Notes: generated by a model not told the origin, from the letters alone. A stretch of 64,000 nucleotides of DNA from an uncultured Alphaproteobacteria bacterium (GCA_963850605.1 CAWKLX010000002.1:396966-460965), one strand, 5' to 3'. Shown: positions 37,418 to 46,709, counted from the stretch's first letter. A program made the numbers and translations.

Positions 37418-38540
37418 GCCGCTGGCGTTTGCGCCGTTGATCGTGCCGGCATTGCCGCCCCTTGCCTCCGCATTCGAGTTGACCTGTCCCGCCGGAAAAG
37501 CTGCTGGTCAGTGATGATGCCGCGTCCGCAGCGCCGCCCGCTCCGCTGAGCGCGCCGTAGCCCCCGTACCCCGCATAGGCCGTGGTGAACTGCGTCAGGG
37601 TGGCGCTGCTGGAATCGCTTGTGGTCAGCTTGGCCGTTGCATTGCCGCCGGCGCCCGATCGCGCGGTGTAGCTGTCGCCGCCGGTGCCGCCCTGCGCGAA
37701 TTCCTGGAGATTGAGTGCCCCGCCCTGCGTGGAGCCGGTCGCGGCGTTGATCAGCGTGCTGCTTCCGCCGGCCCCGCCGGTGCCCCACGCGCCGTTCTGA
37801 AGGCTGCCGCCTCCCTCACCGCCAATCTGCTCGACATAGGCCATGGCCGAGGCGACGCCGACCGCTTGCGCTCTGCTGCCGGACGCGACGCCGCCGGCGC
37901 CGCTGGCCTTGCCGCCCCCGCCCGCACCGCCCCCGCCGCCGAAACTGCGGGCGATGGCCGACGCGGTCTGGCCAGTGGCGGTGGCGGTCGATGTGGCGCT
38001 GGCACCTGCGACGCCGTCCGGTCCGCCCGATGTCACCTCGCCGAACCCCAAGCCGCCGACATCGCCTGCATGGCCGCCCTGGCTGATGGCCATGGCGGTG
38101 GCATTGGCCTGGTGATTGGTTGCCGTGGCCTTGGCCGAGGCGCGGCCGCCAGCGGCCCCGGCACCGCCGACATCGCCCCCGCCGCCCGCGCCACCATTGC
38201 CGCCCTGGCTGCTGGCGGTTGCGTACAGAAAGCCGGTGAAATCGACCGCGTTCTTGACGGTGGCCGATGCCGACCCGCCGGCCGCCCCGTTGCCGCCGGG
38301 CTGCTGGCCGATCTGCGGCTCCAGCGGATTGCCGTCCTTGTAGATGTTGCCGCCGATCCCGCCACCGCCCCCATTGCCGCCCTGGACCGTCAGCGTGTCG
38401 CCCGTCGAATCTGGCTTGGTCAGCGACGCTTTCTCGGACTGGCCTACGCTGCCGTTGCCGCCCGGAACCCCGTTGCCGTTCGGGTTGCCGCCGTTCGCCC
38501 CACCGGCACCCGCAGCCCCAGTAACGCTCAACACCGTCAT
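37125..38540 (-). CDS. N-terminal segment of glycine-rich (PGRS-like) repetitive protein
   Basis: ATG at 38540 (or 38561) gives MTVLSVTGAAGAGGANGGNPNGNGVPGGNG... The frame turns to nonsense after ...SSLTSSFSGGTGQ (about 37480), where the other frame continues VNSNAEARGGNAGTINGANASGVAGGGSS. Confidence 0.65.
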   Translation of the reverse strand: MTVLSVTGAAGAGGANGGNPNGNGVPGGNGSVGQSEKASLTKPDSTGDTLTVQGGNGGGGGIGGNIYKDGNPLEPQIGQQPGGNGAAGGSASATVKNAVDFTGFLYATASSQGGNGGAGGGGDVGGAGAAGGRASAKATATNHQANATAMAISQGGHAGDVGGLGFGEVTSGGPDGVAGASATSTATATGQTASAIARSFGGGGGAGGGGKASGAGGVASGSRAQAVGVASAMAYVEQIGGEGGGSLQNGAWGTGGAGGSSTLINAATGSTQGGALNLQEFAQGGTGGDSYTARSGAGGNATAKLTTSDSSSATLTQFTTAYAGYGGYGALSGAGGAADAASSLTSSFSGGTGQLECGGKGRQCRHDQRRKRQRRGRGRVECHGAGDRHGSQRPGHRVRQFHRRRRRPGARCWAIRRSRDDGLRPRERGRQRVRPGRGGGHRRQRRLRPGRGKGWQRRFDHDHRRRQRPDE

Positions 38541-38729
38541 TTGCGCTGGTCCCCCAACCATGTGCGAGACGCATAGTAACGATTTTACCGGCGAAAGTCT
38601 TGCACGGTATTGATGTGCTCGAAGCTGCAATAACACCTGACAATCGCGTGCTTATGGAACGCAACACTGCCGAGCTCGGTGGGCAGATTGCCGCACGCCG
38701 GAAAGCCTGTAGCTTTTTGCCGCGACTGC

Positions 38730-39539
38730 ATGGGACCGGATTTGGTGCGACTGGATGGCAAGGTGGCGCTTGTCACGGGTGCGGCGCAGGGGATAGGCGC
38801 GGCGATCGCCCGGACGTTCCTCGCCGAAGGTGCTGCGGTGTGGCTGACCGATCTGGCGGCGCCGAATCCGGCGGACTCCGCGGCCGAGGCAGAACGCCGC
38901 GCCAGTTTCGATGTGCTCGATGTGCGCGAGGAGGCGGATTGGGCGCGCGTAATGGCCGCGATCCTGACCCGGTACGGACGCCTGGATATCCTGGTCAACA
39001 ATGCCGGAATCACCGGGTTCGAGGACGGCCCTGTGCCGCACGACCCGGAACATGTGAGCCTGGAGGCGTGGCGCGCGGTGCACCGGACCAATCTGGACGG
39101 TGTGTTCCTGGGGTGCCGGGCCGCGATCCGCGCAATGCGGCCGGCCCGCACCGGGTCGATCATCAACATGTCGTCCCGCTCCGGACTCGTCGGCATTCCG
39201 GCCGCTGCAGCGTATGCTTCGTCGAAAGCGGCCGTGCGCAACCACACGAAGACGGTGGCGCTGTGGTGCGCGCAGCAGGGTCTGGCCATACGCTGCAACT
39301 CGATCCACCCCGCCGCCATCCTGACCTCGATCTGGGAGCCGATGCTGGGCACCGGGGACGATCGCCCGCAGCGCGCGGCGGCGCTGGTGCGCGATACCCC
39401 GCTGCGGCGGTTCGGCACCGCCGAGGAGGTCGCCTGGCTGGCCGTCTATCTGGCTTCCGACGAGTCGGCCTACGTGACAGGCTCGGAGTTCAACATCGAT
39501 GGCGGCCTGCTGGCAGGATCGGCTGCATCCCCGGCATAG
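38730..39539 (+). CDS. Short-chain dehydrogenase/reductase (SDR) family oxidoreductase
   Basis: [20 protein letters not shown] (TGxxxGxG), NNAGI and the catalytic YASSKAA (YxxxK). Confidence 0.85.
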   Translation: MGPDLVRLDGKVALVTGAAQGIGAAIARTFLAEGAAVWLTDLAAPNPADSAAEAERRASFDVLDVREEADWARVMAAILTRYGRLDILVNNAGITGFEDGPVPHDPEHVSLEAWRAVHRTNLDGVFLGCRAAIRAMRPARTGSIINMSSRSGLVGIPAAAAYASSKAAVRNHTKTVALWCAQQGLAIRCNSIHPAAILTSIWEPMLGTGDDRPQRAAALVRDTPLRRFGTAEEVAWLAVYLASDESAYVTGSEFNIDGGLLAGSAASPA

Positions 39540-39560
39540 TGCCCTGCCAGGCCCGCTGCC

Positions 39561-40192
39561 TCACGCCGCAATAATTGCCGCCTGCATCGCACGCACACCC
39601 GCCGCCGGTCCATCGGGATGGCTCCACACCGCCCCGCACACCGCAAGAAAATTCGCGCCGGCGCGCACCAGCGGCGCGCAATTCTCCGCCGAGATTCCGC
39701 CGATCGCCACCACCGGCGGTTCCATCAGCTCGGACCACCAGGCCAGCAGATCGGTATCGGCCTGGGTCCGCGCTAGTTTTGTCGTGCTAGGAAAAAGGCG
39801 CCGAACGCCACGTAATCCGCACCGGCCTCCCCCGCCAGCAACGCCAGGTCGCGGCTGTCGTAGCAGGACACGCCGAGCTGCATGCGTGGGCCCATCAGCT
39901 TACGGGCCTCGGCCGGCGGCATGTCGTCCGACCCTACATGCGCGCCGTCGCAGCCCGTCTGTACGGCAAGGTCCGGCCGGTCGTTCAGGATCAGCGCCAC
40001 GCCGCGCTCATGCGCGATCGGGCGTACCAGATCGACGGCACGGCGGACCACGTCGTCGTCGACGTCTTTCAGGCGCAATTGCAGCGCCGCCACTTCCGCG
40101 GCATCAAGTGCTGCAGCGAGCTGGTCGACAAAGTTTTCCGGCAGTGCGGGCGGAGTTAGCAAATAGAGCTGGCAGTCGTAGGAGGTGGGCAC
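39561..40192 (-). pseudogene. thiE: Thiamine-phosphate synthase with a 1-nt frame break near 39790
   Basis: ORF 39773-40192 reads ...LYLLTP...QLRLKD...[16 protein letters not shown]. Shifting one base after FF gives (P)[75 protein letters not shown], the expected ThiE C-terminus, with its stop at 39561. Confidence 0.8.
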
Positions 40193-40206
40193 CTGTCGTG
40201 AAGACC

Positions 40207-41136
40207 TTAGACGCTGGCTGGCTTGGCATAGATGTCGATGATCTTTTCCAGCATCGCGAGCGCCTCTTCCCGCGGTCTCTGGAACGTGTTGCGGCCGATG
40301 ATCGCGCCGTTGGCGCCGCCGTCGCGGATGCCCTGGATTGTGTGCAGCAGATCGTCCGTGTCTTTGTTGTTCTCGCCCCCTGAGAGGACCAGGATGCGGC
40401 GACCGGCAAAACAGGCTTGCACGATGTGCCGCACCCGCTCGGCCATGGTGGCGCGCGGGATTTTTTCTTCCTCATAGATTTTCACCGCGGCCGGCAGGCT
40501 CAAATGATCGGTCGGAGGTTTCACCTTGATGATATGCGCGCCCATCAGCGCGGCCATGTGCGCGGCGTAAGCACAGATATCGAGGGCGGTTTCGCCCGCC
40601 TTGTCGAGCATCGGGCCACGTGGGTAGCTCCACACGACGACGCCCAAGCCTGCGGATTTGGCCTCCTCCGCCAATCCCTGCAACTCATTCATCTGTTTGA
40701 AACAATACTCGCTGCCTGGGTAGATCGTGAATCCTATTGCGGCGCAGCCGAGCCGCAATGCGTCCGAAACCGATCCGGTGACCGCCTGGTCTTTTTCGGT
40801 GGCCAGCGAATTGGAAGAATTCAGTTTGAGTATGGTGGGGATCTGGCCGGCAAACGTGCTTGCCCCTGCCTCTAGCATGCCCAGCGGGGCAGCAAAGGCG
40901 TTCAGCCCGGCGTCGATGGCGAGCTGAAAATGATAGTGCGGGTCGTAGGCCGGCGGATTATGGGCAAAGCTCCGCGCCGGGCCGTGCTCGAACCCTTGGT
41001 CCACGGGAAGTATCACCAGTTTTCCCGTACCGGCCAGCTTGCCGGTGTTGAGCATACGGACGAGGTTGGCCTTGCTGCCCGGATTATCGCTTTCGTAGCA
41101 GTCGATGATTTTTTTGACTTCTGGGGTCAGGCTCAT
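40207..41136 (-). CDS. Class I fructose-bisphosphate aldolase (DhnA/FbaB-type, DeoC/LacD superfamily)
   Basis: [30 protein letters not shown] ... HIIKVKPP. Confidence 0.8.
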   Translation of the reverse strand: MSLTPEVKKIIDCYESDNPGSKANLVRMLNTGKLAGTGKLVILPVDQGFEHGPARSFAHNPPAYDPHYHFQLAIDAGLNAFAAPLGMLEAGASTFAGQIPTILKLNSSNSLATEKDQAVTGSVSDALRLGCAAIGFTIYPGSEYCFKQMNELQGLAEEAKSAGLGVVVWSYPRGPMLDKAGETALDICAYAAHMAALMGAHIIKVKPPTDHLSLPAAVKIYEEEKIPRATMAERVRHIVQACFAGRRILVLSGGENNKDTDDLLHTIQGIRDGGANGAIIGRNTFQRPREEALAMLEKIIDIYAKPASV

Positions 41137-41400
41137 CGTGGCGATCTCCGGGCTTTGCGGCTGGGCGGGGGCTTAGCCGATGGTGGCTTGCCTGTCACGG
41201 ACCGGAGTTCATATCCGGTGCGCTCAGCAAGAAAAATGAAACACGAGACCGCCAGGGCCTTGAAGGCCACCAAGGTGCCCGTTCGTCATGCGAGCCGGTG
41301 GCCAAGTAATCTGGGATAGAGAGCTGTGTTGGGGTGATCGGGCTTGCTTCTGGTGGACCCGGCGTCTCGTTTCTCCGGTTCGGCACAGCCCTGCTCTGAG

Positions 41401-41790
41401 TTACCCGAGCCAGTCTGCAAGCAGCCTGGCGGCGCCCGGCACGCCAAGATCGAGCGACTGGGGTGCTTCGGCCAGCAGCATGCCGCCGCACGCGGCTGCC
41501 CGGCCGGCGATGTCGGCCCATATGCGGGGCTCGGCCCGCAACACCAGCAGGCGCTGGCCGACGCGCAACGCCTCAAGTGCCCGACCCGGAGCAGGGCCGC
41601 AATCCAGTATGTCCGCACATATCCGGTCGGGGTCGGCCGCTGCGACCAGGGCGCGCCACCAGCCGACGCCAGCGAAACAGGCCGCCGCCTCGGCCGAAAG
41701 AAGGGTCACCGGCCGCCTGGTCGCGTGAGCGGCCGAGACGGCCTGCAGAGCCATCTCCAGGCTGTGCACGATGACGACGGGCGCGAACAT
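41401..41790 (-). CDS. Hypothetical protein (129 aa)
   Basis: Clean ATG ORF with coding-like composition. No motif recognised. Confidence 0.4.
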   Translation of the reverse strand: MFAPVVIVHSLEMALQAVSAAHATRRPVTLLSAEAAACFAGVGWWRALVAAADPDRICADILDCGPAPGRALEALRVGQRLLVLRAEPRIWADIAGRAAACGGMLLAEAPQSLDLGVPGAARLLADWLG

Positions 41791-41869
41791 GGTTGACGTT
41801 CAAGCCCGGGCCGGCGTTTTCTTCAACGACGCACGCAGCCTATGCCGGGCGGAGAGGTCAGGATCGCAG

Positions 41870-42061
41870 ATGGCCGATGCCGGCAAGACCGCTGCCCAAG
41901 AGGCCGCCCGGCTGGAGGCGGCGCTGGACCGCATCGCCCGCACGCCCTCTCATGGCCCACCGGTCGGTTCGTCAAAGGCGACCACCGCCGACCTGGCCCG
42001 CCGGCTAGACGCGCTTATCGCGGAGCTGCGCCAGGTGCTCGGACGCGACTCGGCCGACTAG
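41870..42061 (+). CDS. Small coiled-coil protein preceding zapA (DUF4164-like)
   Basis: ATG at 41870 follows GGAGAGG and gives MADAGKTAAQEAARLEAALDRIA...DLARRLDALIAELRQVL. Its position upstream of zapA is typical in alphaproteobacteria. Confidence 0.5.
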   Translation: MADAGKTAAQEAARLEAALDRIARTPSHGPPVGSSKATTADLARRLDALIAELRQVLGRDSAD

Positions 42062-42105
42062 CCTATCCGACAACCGGCAACCAACGATCGACATGAGGAA
42101 CAACG

Positions 42106-42432
42106 ATGGCCCAGCTCACCATCAAAATAAACGGCTACGCCTACACGGTAGGCTGCGACGACGGGCAGGAGCAGCACCTGCAGCAGATGGCGGCCGAGGT
42201 GGAGCAGCGCATCGACAGCATTAAGGCGCTCGGCGGCCAGAGCGGGGAAAGCCGGCTGCTGGTGCTGGCCTCGCTGCTGATGGCCGACGAGCTGCACGAC
42301 ACGCGCACCACGCTGGCCAATCTGCAAAGCGAGCTGTCCCGCCTGCCGCAGGCCGAGGCCGAAGCTCGCAAACGCCTCGCGCGCCTGGCCGACCGCGCCG
42401 AGGAGATTGCGCAGGGGCTGGAGAGTGCCTAG
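42106..42432 (+). CDS. zapA: Cell division protein ZapA
   Basis: MAQLTIKINGYAYTVGCDDGQEQHLQQMAAEVEQRI...LLVLASLLMADEL. Confidence 0.85.
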   Translation: MAQLTIKINGYAYTVGCDDGQEQHLQQMAAEVEQRIDSIKALGGQSGESRLLVLASLLMADELHDTRTTLANLQSELSRLPQAEAEARKRLARLADRAEEIAQGLESA

Positions 42433-42437
42433 TTTCT

Positions 42438-42598
42438 ACGGGCGGAGCTGCTGGGTGCGTCAGGCAATTCATCCCCGGGGCCGATAAGCAACCCCTCGGG
42501 GGCTGGCGCTGTCGTGGCCCTGGTCACGGTAACTGGTTCCCACCTGCACACGCAGGCTCTGGGGGGTGAGACGTCAACGGCTTGGGCGGCTCCGCACT
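42438..42598 (+). ncRNA. ssrS: 6S RNA (ssrS), predicted
   Basis: It sits in the conserved slot between zapA and the 5-formyl-THF cyclo-ligase gene. A terminal closing stem pairs GCGGAGC (42442-42448) with GCTCCGC (42589-42595), spanning about 155 nt. The ends are approximate. Confidence 0.55.
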
Positions 42599-42629
42599 CT
42601 CTTCATCGATTGTTGACCGCAAGCGCGCA

Positions 42630-43193
42630 ATGCGGGCCGAGGCGCTGGCCCGCCGCGCCGCTTCAGCCGACGCTGACGCGCACCTCGCGCTAATCGCAAA
42701 TCTGTCTCGCAACATCGACGCCTCCCCCGGCACCGTTGTCGCGTGTGTCTGGCCGCTGCCGGGCGAACCCGACCTGCGTCCGTTATCGGCAACCCTGCAC
42801 GACCGAGGCTGCGTGGTGGTCCTGCCCGAGACGCCGCGAGCGGGGCAGGTTTTGACATTCCGGTGCTGGCATCCAGGCTGTGCGATGCTGCGGGGACGTT
42901 TTGGCACGCGCCACCCCGATGGAGGCGCGGCGATACCGAGCGTCGTGCTCGTGCCTTTACTCGCCTTCGACAGCGCCGGTTACCGGCTCGGTTATGGCGG
43001 CGGCTATTACGATCGGACCTTGGCCGCCTTGCCCGGCTGCGTGTCGGTCGGGTTTGGCCTGGCCTGGCAGGAGGTCGGCGAGGTGCCGCGAGAACGGCAC
43101 GACAGGCAGCTCGACATGATCATCACCGAACACGGGGTGCGATTCGGCAGCCAGCTTTCGCGTCGGACAGAAAAACGGCCGCCCATGTCCTGA
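42630..43193 (+). CDS. 5-formyltetrahydrofolate cyclo-ligase
   Basis: MRAEALARR..., EPDLRPL, VVLVPLLAFDSAGYRLGYGGGYYDRTL. ATG at 42630 is preferred so that the gene does not overlap the 6S RNA. The track start is 42582. Confidence 0.8.
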   Translation: MRAEALARRAASADADAHLALIANLSRNIDASPGTVVACVWPLPGEPDLRPLSATLHDRGCVVVLPETPRAGQVLTFRCWHPGCAMLRGRFGTRHPDGGAAIPSVVLVPLLAFDSAGYRLGYGGGYYDRTLAALPGCVSVGFGLAWQEVGEVPRERHDRQLDMIITEHGVRFGSQLSRRTEKRPPMS

Positions 43194-43224
43194 GCGGCCG
43201 TAGCACCGAATGCGTCGGACGCGA

Positions 43225-43635
43225 TCAGCCCGCCGGCTGGGAGCAGGCCGGGTCGCGCATCTCCGTCAGGTTACCAGCAGACAGGAAGTAGCCCTGCGGC
43301 GTGAAGATGTCGAAGGTGGCGCCGGCGATCACCGGGCCGGCGAAATGCCCGTCAATGGCGACGAAATTGCTGGGTCCATAGGTCCCGACGAGGTGGATCA
43401 CCTTCTTGTAGACGACATACGTGCCCGAGGTGTTCTGCTCGTTGGTGTCGATCCAGGTTCCGCTGGACGAGTAGCCAGGGTAGGTGTCGGTCTGGGTCAG
43501 CGTGAAGCACGCGTTAAAGGTGCCGCCCGGATAGGTGAAGTTGGCCAGGTAGTAGCCAGGCACAGCGGCCTGGGCCGGCGCAACATAAGTCGCGCCGAAT
43601 AGCGCGGCCGCAGCCGCAGCGATCTTGAACTTCAT
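43225..43635 (-). CDS. Small secreted hypothetical protein
   Basis: ATG at 43635 gives MKFKIAAAAAALFGATYVAPAQA (signal peptide). Confidence 0.55.
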   Translation of the reverse strand: MKFKIAAAAAALFGATYVAPAQAAVPGYYLANFTYPGGTFNACFTLTQTDTYPGYSSSGTWIDTNEQNTSGTYVVYKKVIHLVGTYGPSNFVAIDGHFAGPVIAGATFDIFTPQGYFLSAGNLTEMRDPACSQPAG

Positions 43636-43871
43636 GATATACTCTCCGAATCTGGTAAATTTTACCGCATCTAGGTGGTAAGCTGGCAATTAAAGCGTTA
43701 TACAACGACGCTATTAGCCAGCTAATCAACGCCGACGTAGAATAGACAAGCGCTAACGTGCGGTCAATCAGCTTTCGTGATGTTATTGTTACATGTTTCC
43801 TGACACGCTTCACAACTCCAGGCTTTAATCGTGTTATGAACTCGCCGCCGCTCATGCGCGGAGGGTGGTGC

Positions 43872-44065
43872 TCAGCGACGCCGCCTGGGCTTGTAGGAGC
43901 GGGGTATAAGCGCGCCGACATAGCCGGCGAGATGAATGGTCCGCCGAAAGACGACCCATGAACCGGTAGTGTCCGGGAAGTCGGTGCACGGTAGAGCTGC
44001 GCGGGCGGGGATGGCCGATGCCGCACTCAAAACAACAGCAATAATAGCCGCGATGGTAGGCTTCA
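43872..44065 (-). CDS. Short, possibly truncated paralog of the 43225-43635 protein
   Basis: MKPTIAAIIAVVLSAASAIPARA (signal peptide). TGSWVVFRRTIHLAGYVG resembles SGTYVVYKKVIHLVGTYG of the neighbouring protein, and it ends abruptly in KPRRRR. Confidence 0.35.
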
Positions 44066-44524
44066 TGCTGAGTTCTACTAGGCATATATGCAGGTTGCAG
44101 GACATATACAGTGCTGTCCGTACGTCTGAATACTCGAACTGCAACATGCAAATCGCCCAGCGCGCCAAATTGGATAGATTACATGAAATGAACACACCGA
44201 CATCGGATAGTTTCGAGTTCAATCTGAACTGGTGGTAATTCCGAGCAAGAGACACCCTTGATTTTAACTCGCCTTGTGAGGCGCACGTCCGACCAGTCGA
44301 TCGCGAGGCACCATCACATGCCAGGGTCTGTCAGGAATACTTTGAAAGAACGATTGTATCGGTCCTGGCGGCTGCAGCCATCCCGGCGCGAAGCGAAGCC
44401 ATTCCGGGGCGGGCAAACGCACGTCTGCGTGAACGGGTTGGCAAGGCGGGTCTTTTTTACCGAGTCAGCAACCCCGAACCCGAGATGATGCCTGGCACGA
44501 GGTTAATCGATACGGAGCGGATTC

Positions 44525-45064
44525 ATGACCACCGCCCGGCTGACACGCCGCACATGTCTAGCCGCCCTTGGATCGGCTGCGCTGCTGGCGGGTGCGACGC
44601 GCCGGTCGCACGCTTCGGCCGCCGATTGGACGGAGCTGGAGTTGCTGGACCAGGACGATCGCGTGATCCGCCTTGGCGATACCGCGTATTCGCATACGCT
44701 CATCCAACTCTGGGCAAGTTGGTGCCCGATCTGTCTGAGTGAATTGTCGGCGATGAGTGACGCGGCTGCCGCCCTGCGCCACGACGGGATTGATATACTG
44801 CTCGTCAGCAGCCCCGCGGGCTGGGCGGCAGACACACGTCTGGCCAGCACGCGCGTCCCCGGTCTACGGCGTGCGCGTCCTTCGGGACGGAACGCGTCAG
44901 CGGCGATGCGGCGCACGTTGTTCAGCTCCGAGGGTTGGTATTACGTCCCGCGTAGCCTGTTGTACGATCGGCGCGCGGGCGTGATCACGTGGCGGCATCT
45001 TGGCCCAGTGGACTGGCGCGCTGCGCCCTGGCGTGCGCATGAGGCAGGGCGAGCCGGCGTGTGA
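44525..45064 (+). CDS. TlpA/ResA-family periplasmic thiol:disulfide oxidoreductase
   Basis: Tat-like signal MTTARLTRRTCLAALGSAALLAGA and the thioredoxin active site WASWCPIC. Confidence 0.8.
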   Translation: MTTARLTRRTCLAALGSAALLAGATRRSHASAADWTELELLDQDDRVIRLGDTAYSHTLIQLWASWCPICLSELSAMSDAAAALRHDGIDILLVSSPAGWAADTRLASTRVPGLRRARPSGRNASAAMRRTLFSSEGWYYVPRSLLYDRRAGVITWRHLGPVDWRAAPWRAHEAGRAGV

Positions 45065-45105
45065 CGTTTCTGGCGCGAACGCTACGGCCACACGAGGGGT
45101 GCTGG

Positions 45106-45255
45106 ATGCGGCACATGCTGATGGGCGGAATGCACGGCGGGATGGCGGGCATGATGCTGGCCGGTATGGTCCGGCGCTTGGCTACGAAGCTGATCATAGG
45201 GGGATTACTGGTGGCGGTCGTGGTGCTGTGGGTGCGCCAGAGGCGCCGCCTATGA
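45106..45255 (+). CDS. Met/Gly-rich small membrane peptide (49 aa)
   Basis: ATG at 45106 lies 7 nt after GAGGGG and gives MRHMLMGGMHGGMAGMMLAGMVRRLATKLIIGGLLVAVVVLWVRQRRRL, with one TM helix. Its stop overlaps the next ATG (ATGA at 45252). Confidence 0.45.
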   Translation: MRHMLMGGMHGGMAGMMLAGMVRRLATKLIIGGLLVAVVVLWVRQRRRL

Positions 45256-45690
45256 ACCTGTTCGACAACAAAGGCACGCTGCAACTGATCGACGGCAACG
45301 TCAATTTTGTCGAGAACCTGACCCTGTTGTCCACCAACGCACCCTGCTCCTGCGCCGGCACAATGATCGCGACTGACGGCGGCGATGTGGCCGTCGAAGC
45401 GCTTGCAACCGGTGACACAGTGCTGACCGCGGGGGCATCTCTGCCCCTATCCGCTGGATTGGACGCCGCGTCGTCGCCAGCCGATCATGCGCTGATCCTG
45501 GCCAATGGCATGGCGGCCGAGACGTTTGTCGACAACGTCGACCGCATGGGCTTCGAAAACTGGGCGGAGCACGAGGCGCTGTTCGGCACCGATGCCGCAA
45601 TTGCCGAAAAGGCTCTTCCGCGCGCCAAGTCCGCCCGCCAGGTGCCTGCCGCCACCCGTGCCCGCCTGCTGGCGCGCCGGTCAGGATATA
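45252..45690 (+). pseudogene. Hint-domain protein remnant (internally shortened; 3' end uncertain)
   Basis: CSCAGTMIATDGGDVAVEALATGDTVLT matches the Hint N-terminal block. HALILANGMAAETFVDNVDRMGFENW matches the C-terminal block. The 80 or so residues normally between them are absent. The open frame runs to 46100, antisense into the next gene. Confidence 0.4.
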
Positions 45691-45758
45691 GCTGCCGCTG
45701 CATAACCCGCCATACGCGGACAGCACGACCGGCCAGCCTGGGCTATCAGGCTGACTGT

Positions 45759-46709
45759 TCATGCTGTTCGTACATTTTTGGGCAGCGACCTGACCAGGTG
45801 GGTCAATTCCTCCATTGGCCCGGCCCAGTCGCCCGGGGCATGCTGCCGAAAAATGGTCGATGTCGGATACCAGGCGCTCGGCTGACCGGGTTCGGGCCAG
45901 CGCCAATCGGCGTCGTGTCGGAGCAACAGCACGGTCGGGCGCCCAAGCGCGCCGGCCAGATGGGCCACCATCGTATCGACGGTGATGACGAGAGAGGCAG
46001 CGCAGGCGAGCGCCGCGCTACGGACCACGTCCGGATCGGAGTCGGCCGGGTTGAGGAAGGCCGGGTGGGTCGCCTCGGCGGCAGCCGGTCCGCGTTGTAG
46101 GCTTATCAACCGACGCCCAGCGACGTCGCACGCAGCCAGCAGGGCCCGCAAAGGGATCGAGCGCGCAGCATCCCAGTCGCCAGCCTGCCAGCAGAGAGCC
46201 AGCGCACCATCTTTCGGTTGCAAGGCGGGGCGCGCGGGACAGGAAAGGTAAGGCACACAGCGTGAGACATCGTCCGGCGTGGCACGCAGCATGTGCGCCA
46301 GCTCCATGATCTCGGCCGTGCACCGCCCGGGCGGAAGGGGCCCGGCAGTGTCGAACGCCACCAGCTGATCCACTCCGGGCAACTGGTGCAAGAGCGGGCA
46401 CAGCTCCGGCTGGGCCTCCAGCGTCACATGCGCCGCGCGCCGCCGCAGGGCGGGCAGGAAGCGGGCGAAATGCAGGGTATCGCCCAGGCCATGGTAACAG
46501 CGCACCAGCACGTGCTGTCCGTCCGGCTTGGTGCCGTCCCACACCCAGCGAAGATGATATGGCAAGCGCGGGTCGTCGCACGTGGCAGGGTCGCGGGCGG
46601 CCAGCACGCGGTCGGCTATGTGCCAGGCGGCGGCAAAATCCTGGGCGCGCATCGCCTGAGTCCAGTCACGCGACTGAATCTCGCCGCGCACGCGGCCAGC
46701 ATCGTCCAT
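45759..46709 (-). CDS. Glycosyltransferase family 9-like protein
   Basis: VLVRCYHGLGDTLHFARFLPAL ... LVITVDTMVAHLAGALGRPTVLLL. ATG at 46709. Confidence 0.6.
   Translation of the reverse strand: MDDAGRVRGEIQSRDWTQAMRAQDFAAAWHIADRVLAARDPATCDDPRLPYHLRWVWDGTKPDGQHVLVRCYHGLGDTLHFARFLPALRRRAAHVTLEAQPELCPLLHQLPGVDQLVAFDTAGPLPPGRCTAEIMELAHMLRATPDDVSRCVPYLSCPARPALQPKDGALALCWQAGDWDAARSIPLRALLAACDVAGRRLISLQRGPAAAEATHPAFLNPADSDPDVVRSAALACAASLVITVDTMVAHLAGALGRPTVLLLRHDADWRWPEPGQPSAWYPTSTIFRQHAPGDWAGPMEELTHLVRSLPKNVRTA

Noticed and set aside
41137-41400. Possible TPP riboswitch or other structured RNA upstream of the fba-thiE genes
   Set aside because: I looked for the TPP core (CTGAGA ... ACCTGATCTGGATAATGCCAGCG) on both strands and found no acceptable match. 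The 264-nt region remains unexplained, but I cannot support an RNA call.
45700-46100. 3' continuation of the Hint ORF (45000-46100)
   Set aside because: It runs antisense into the GT9-like gene and reads as nonsense (…RRSGYSCRCITRHTRTARP…). A lost stop or frame break is likely.
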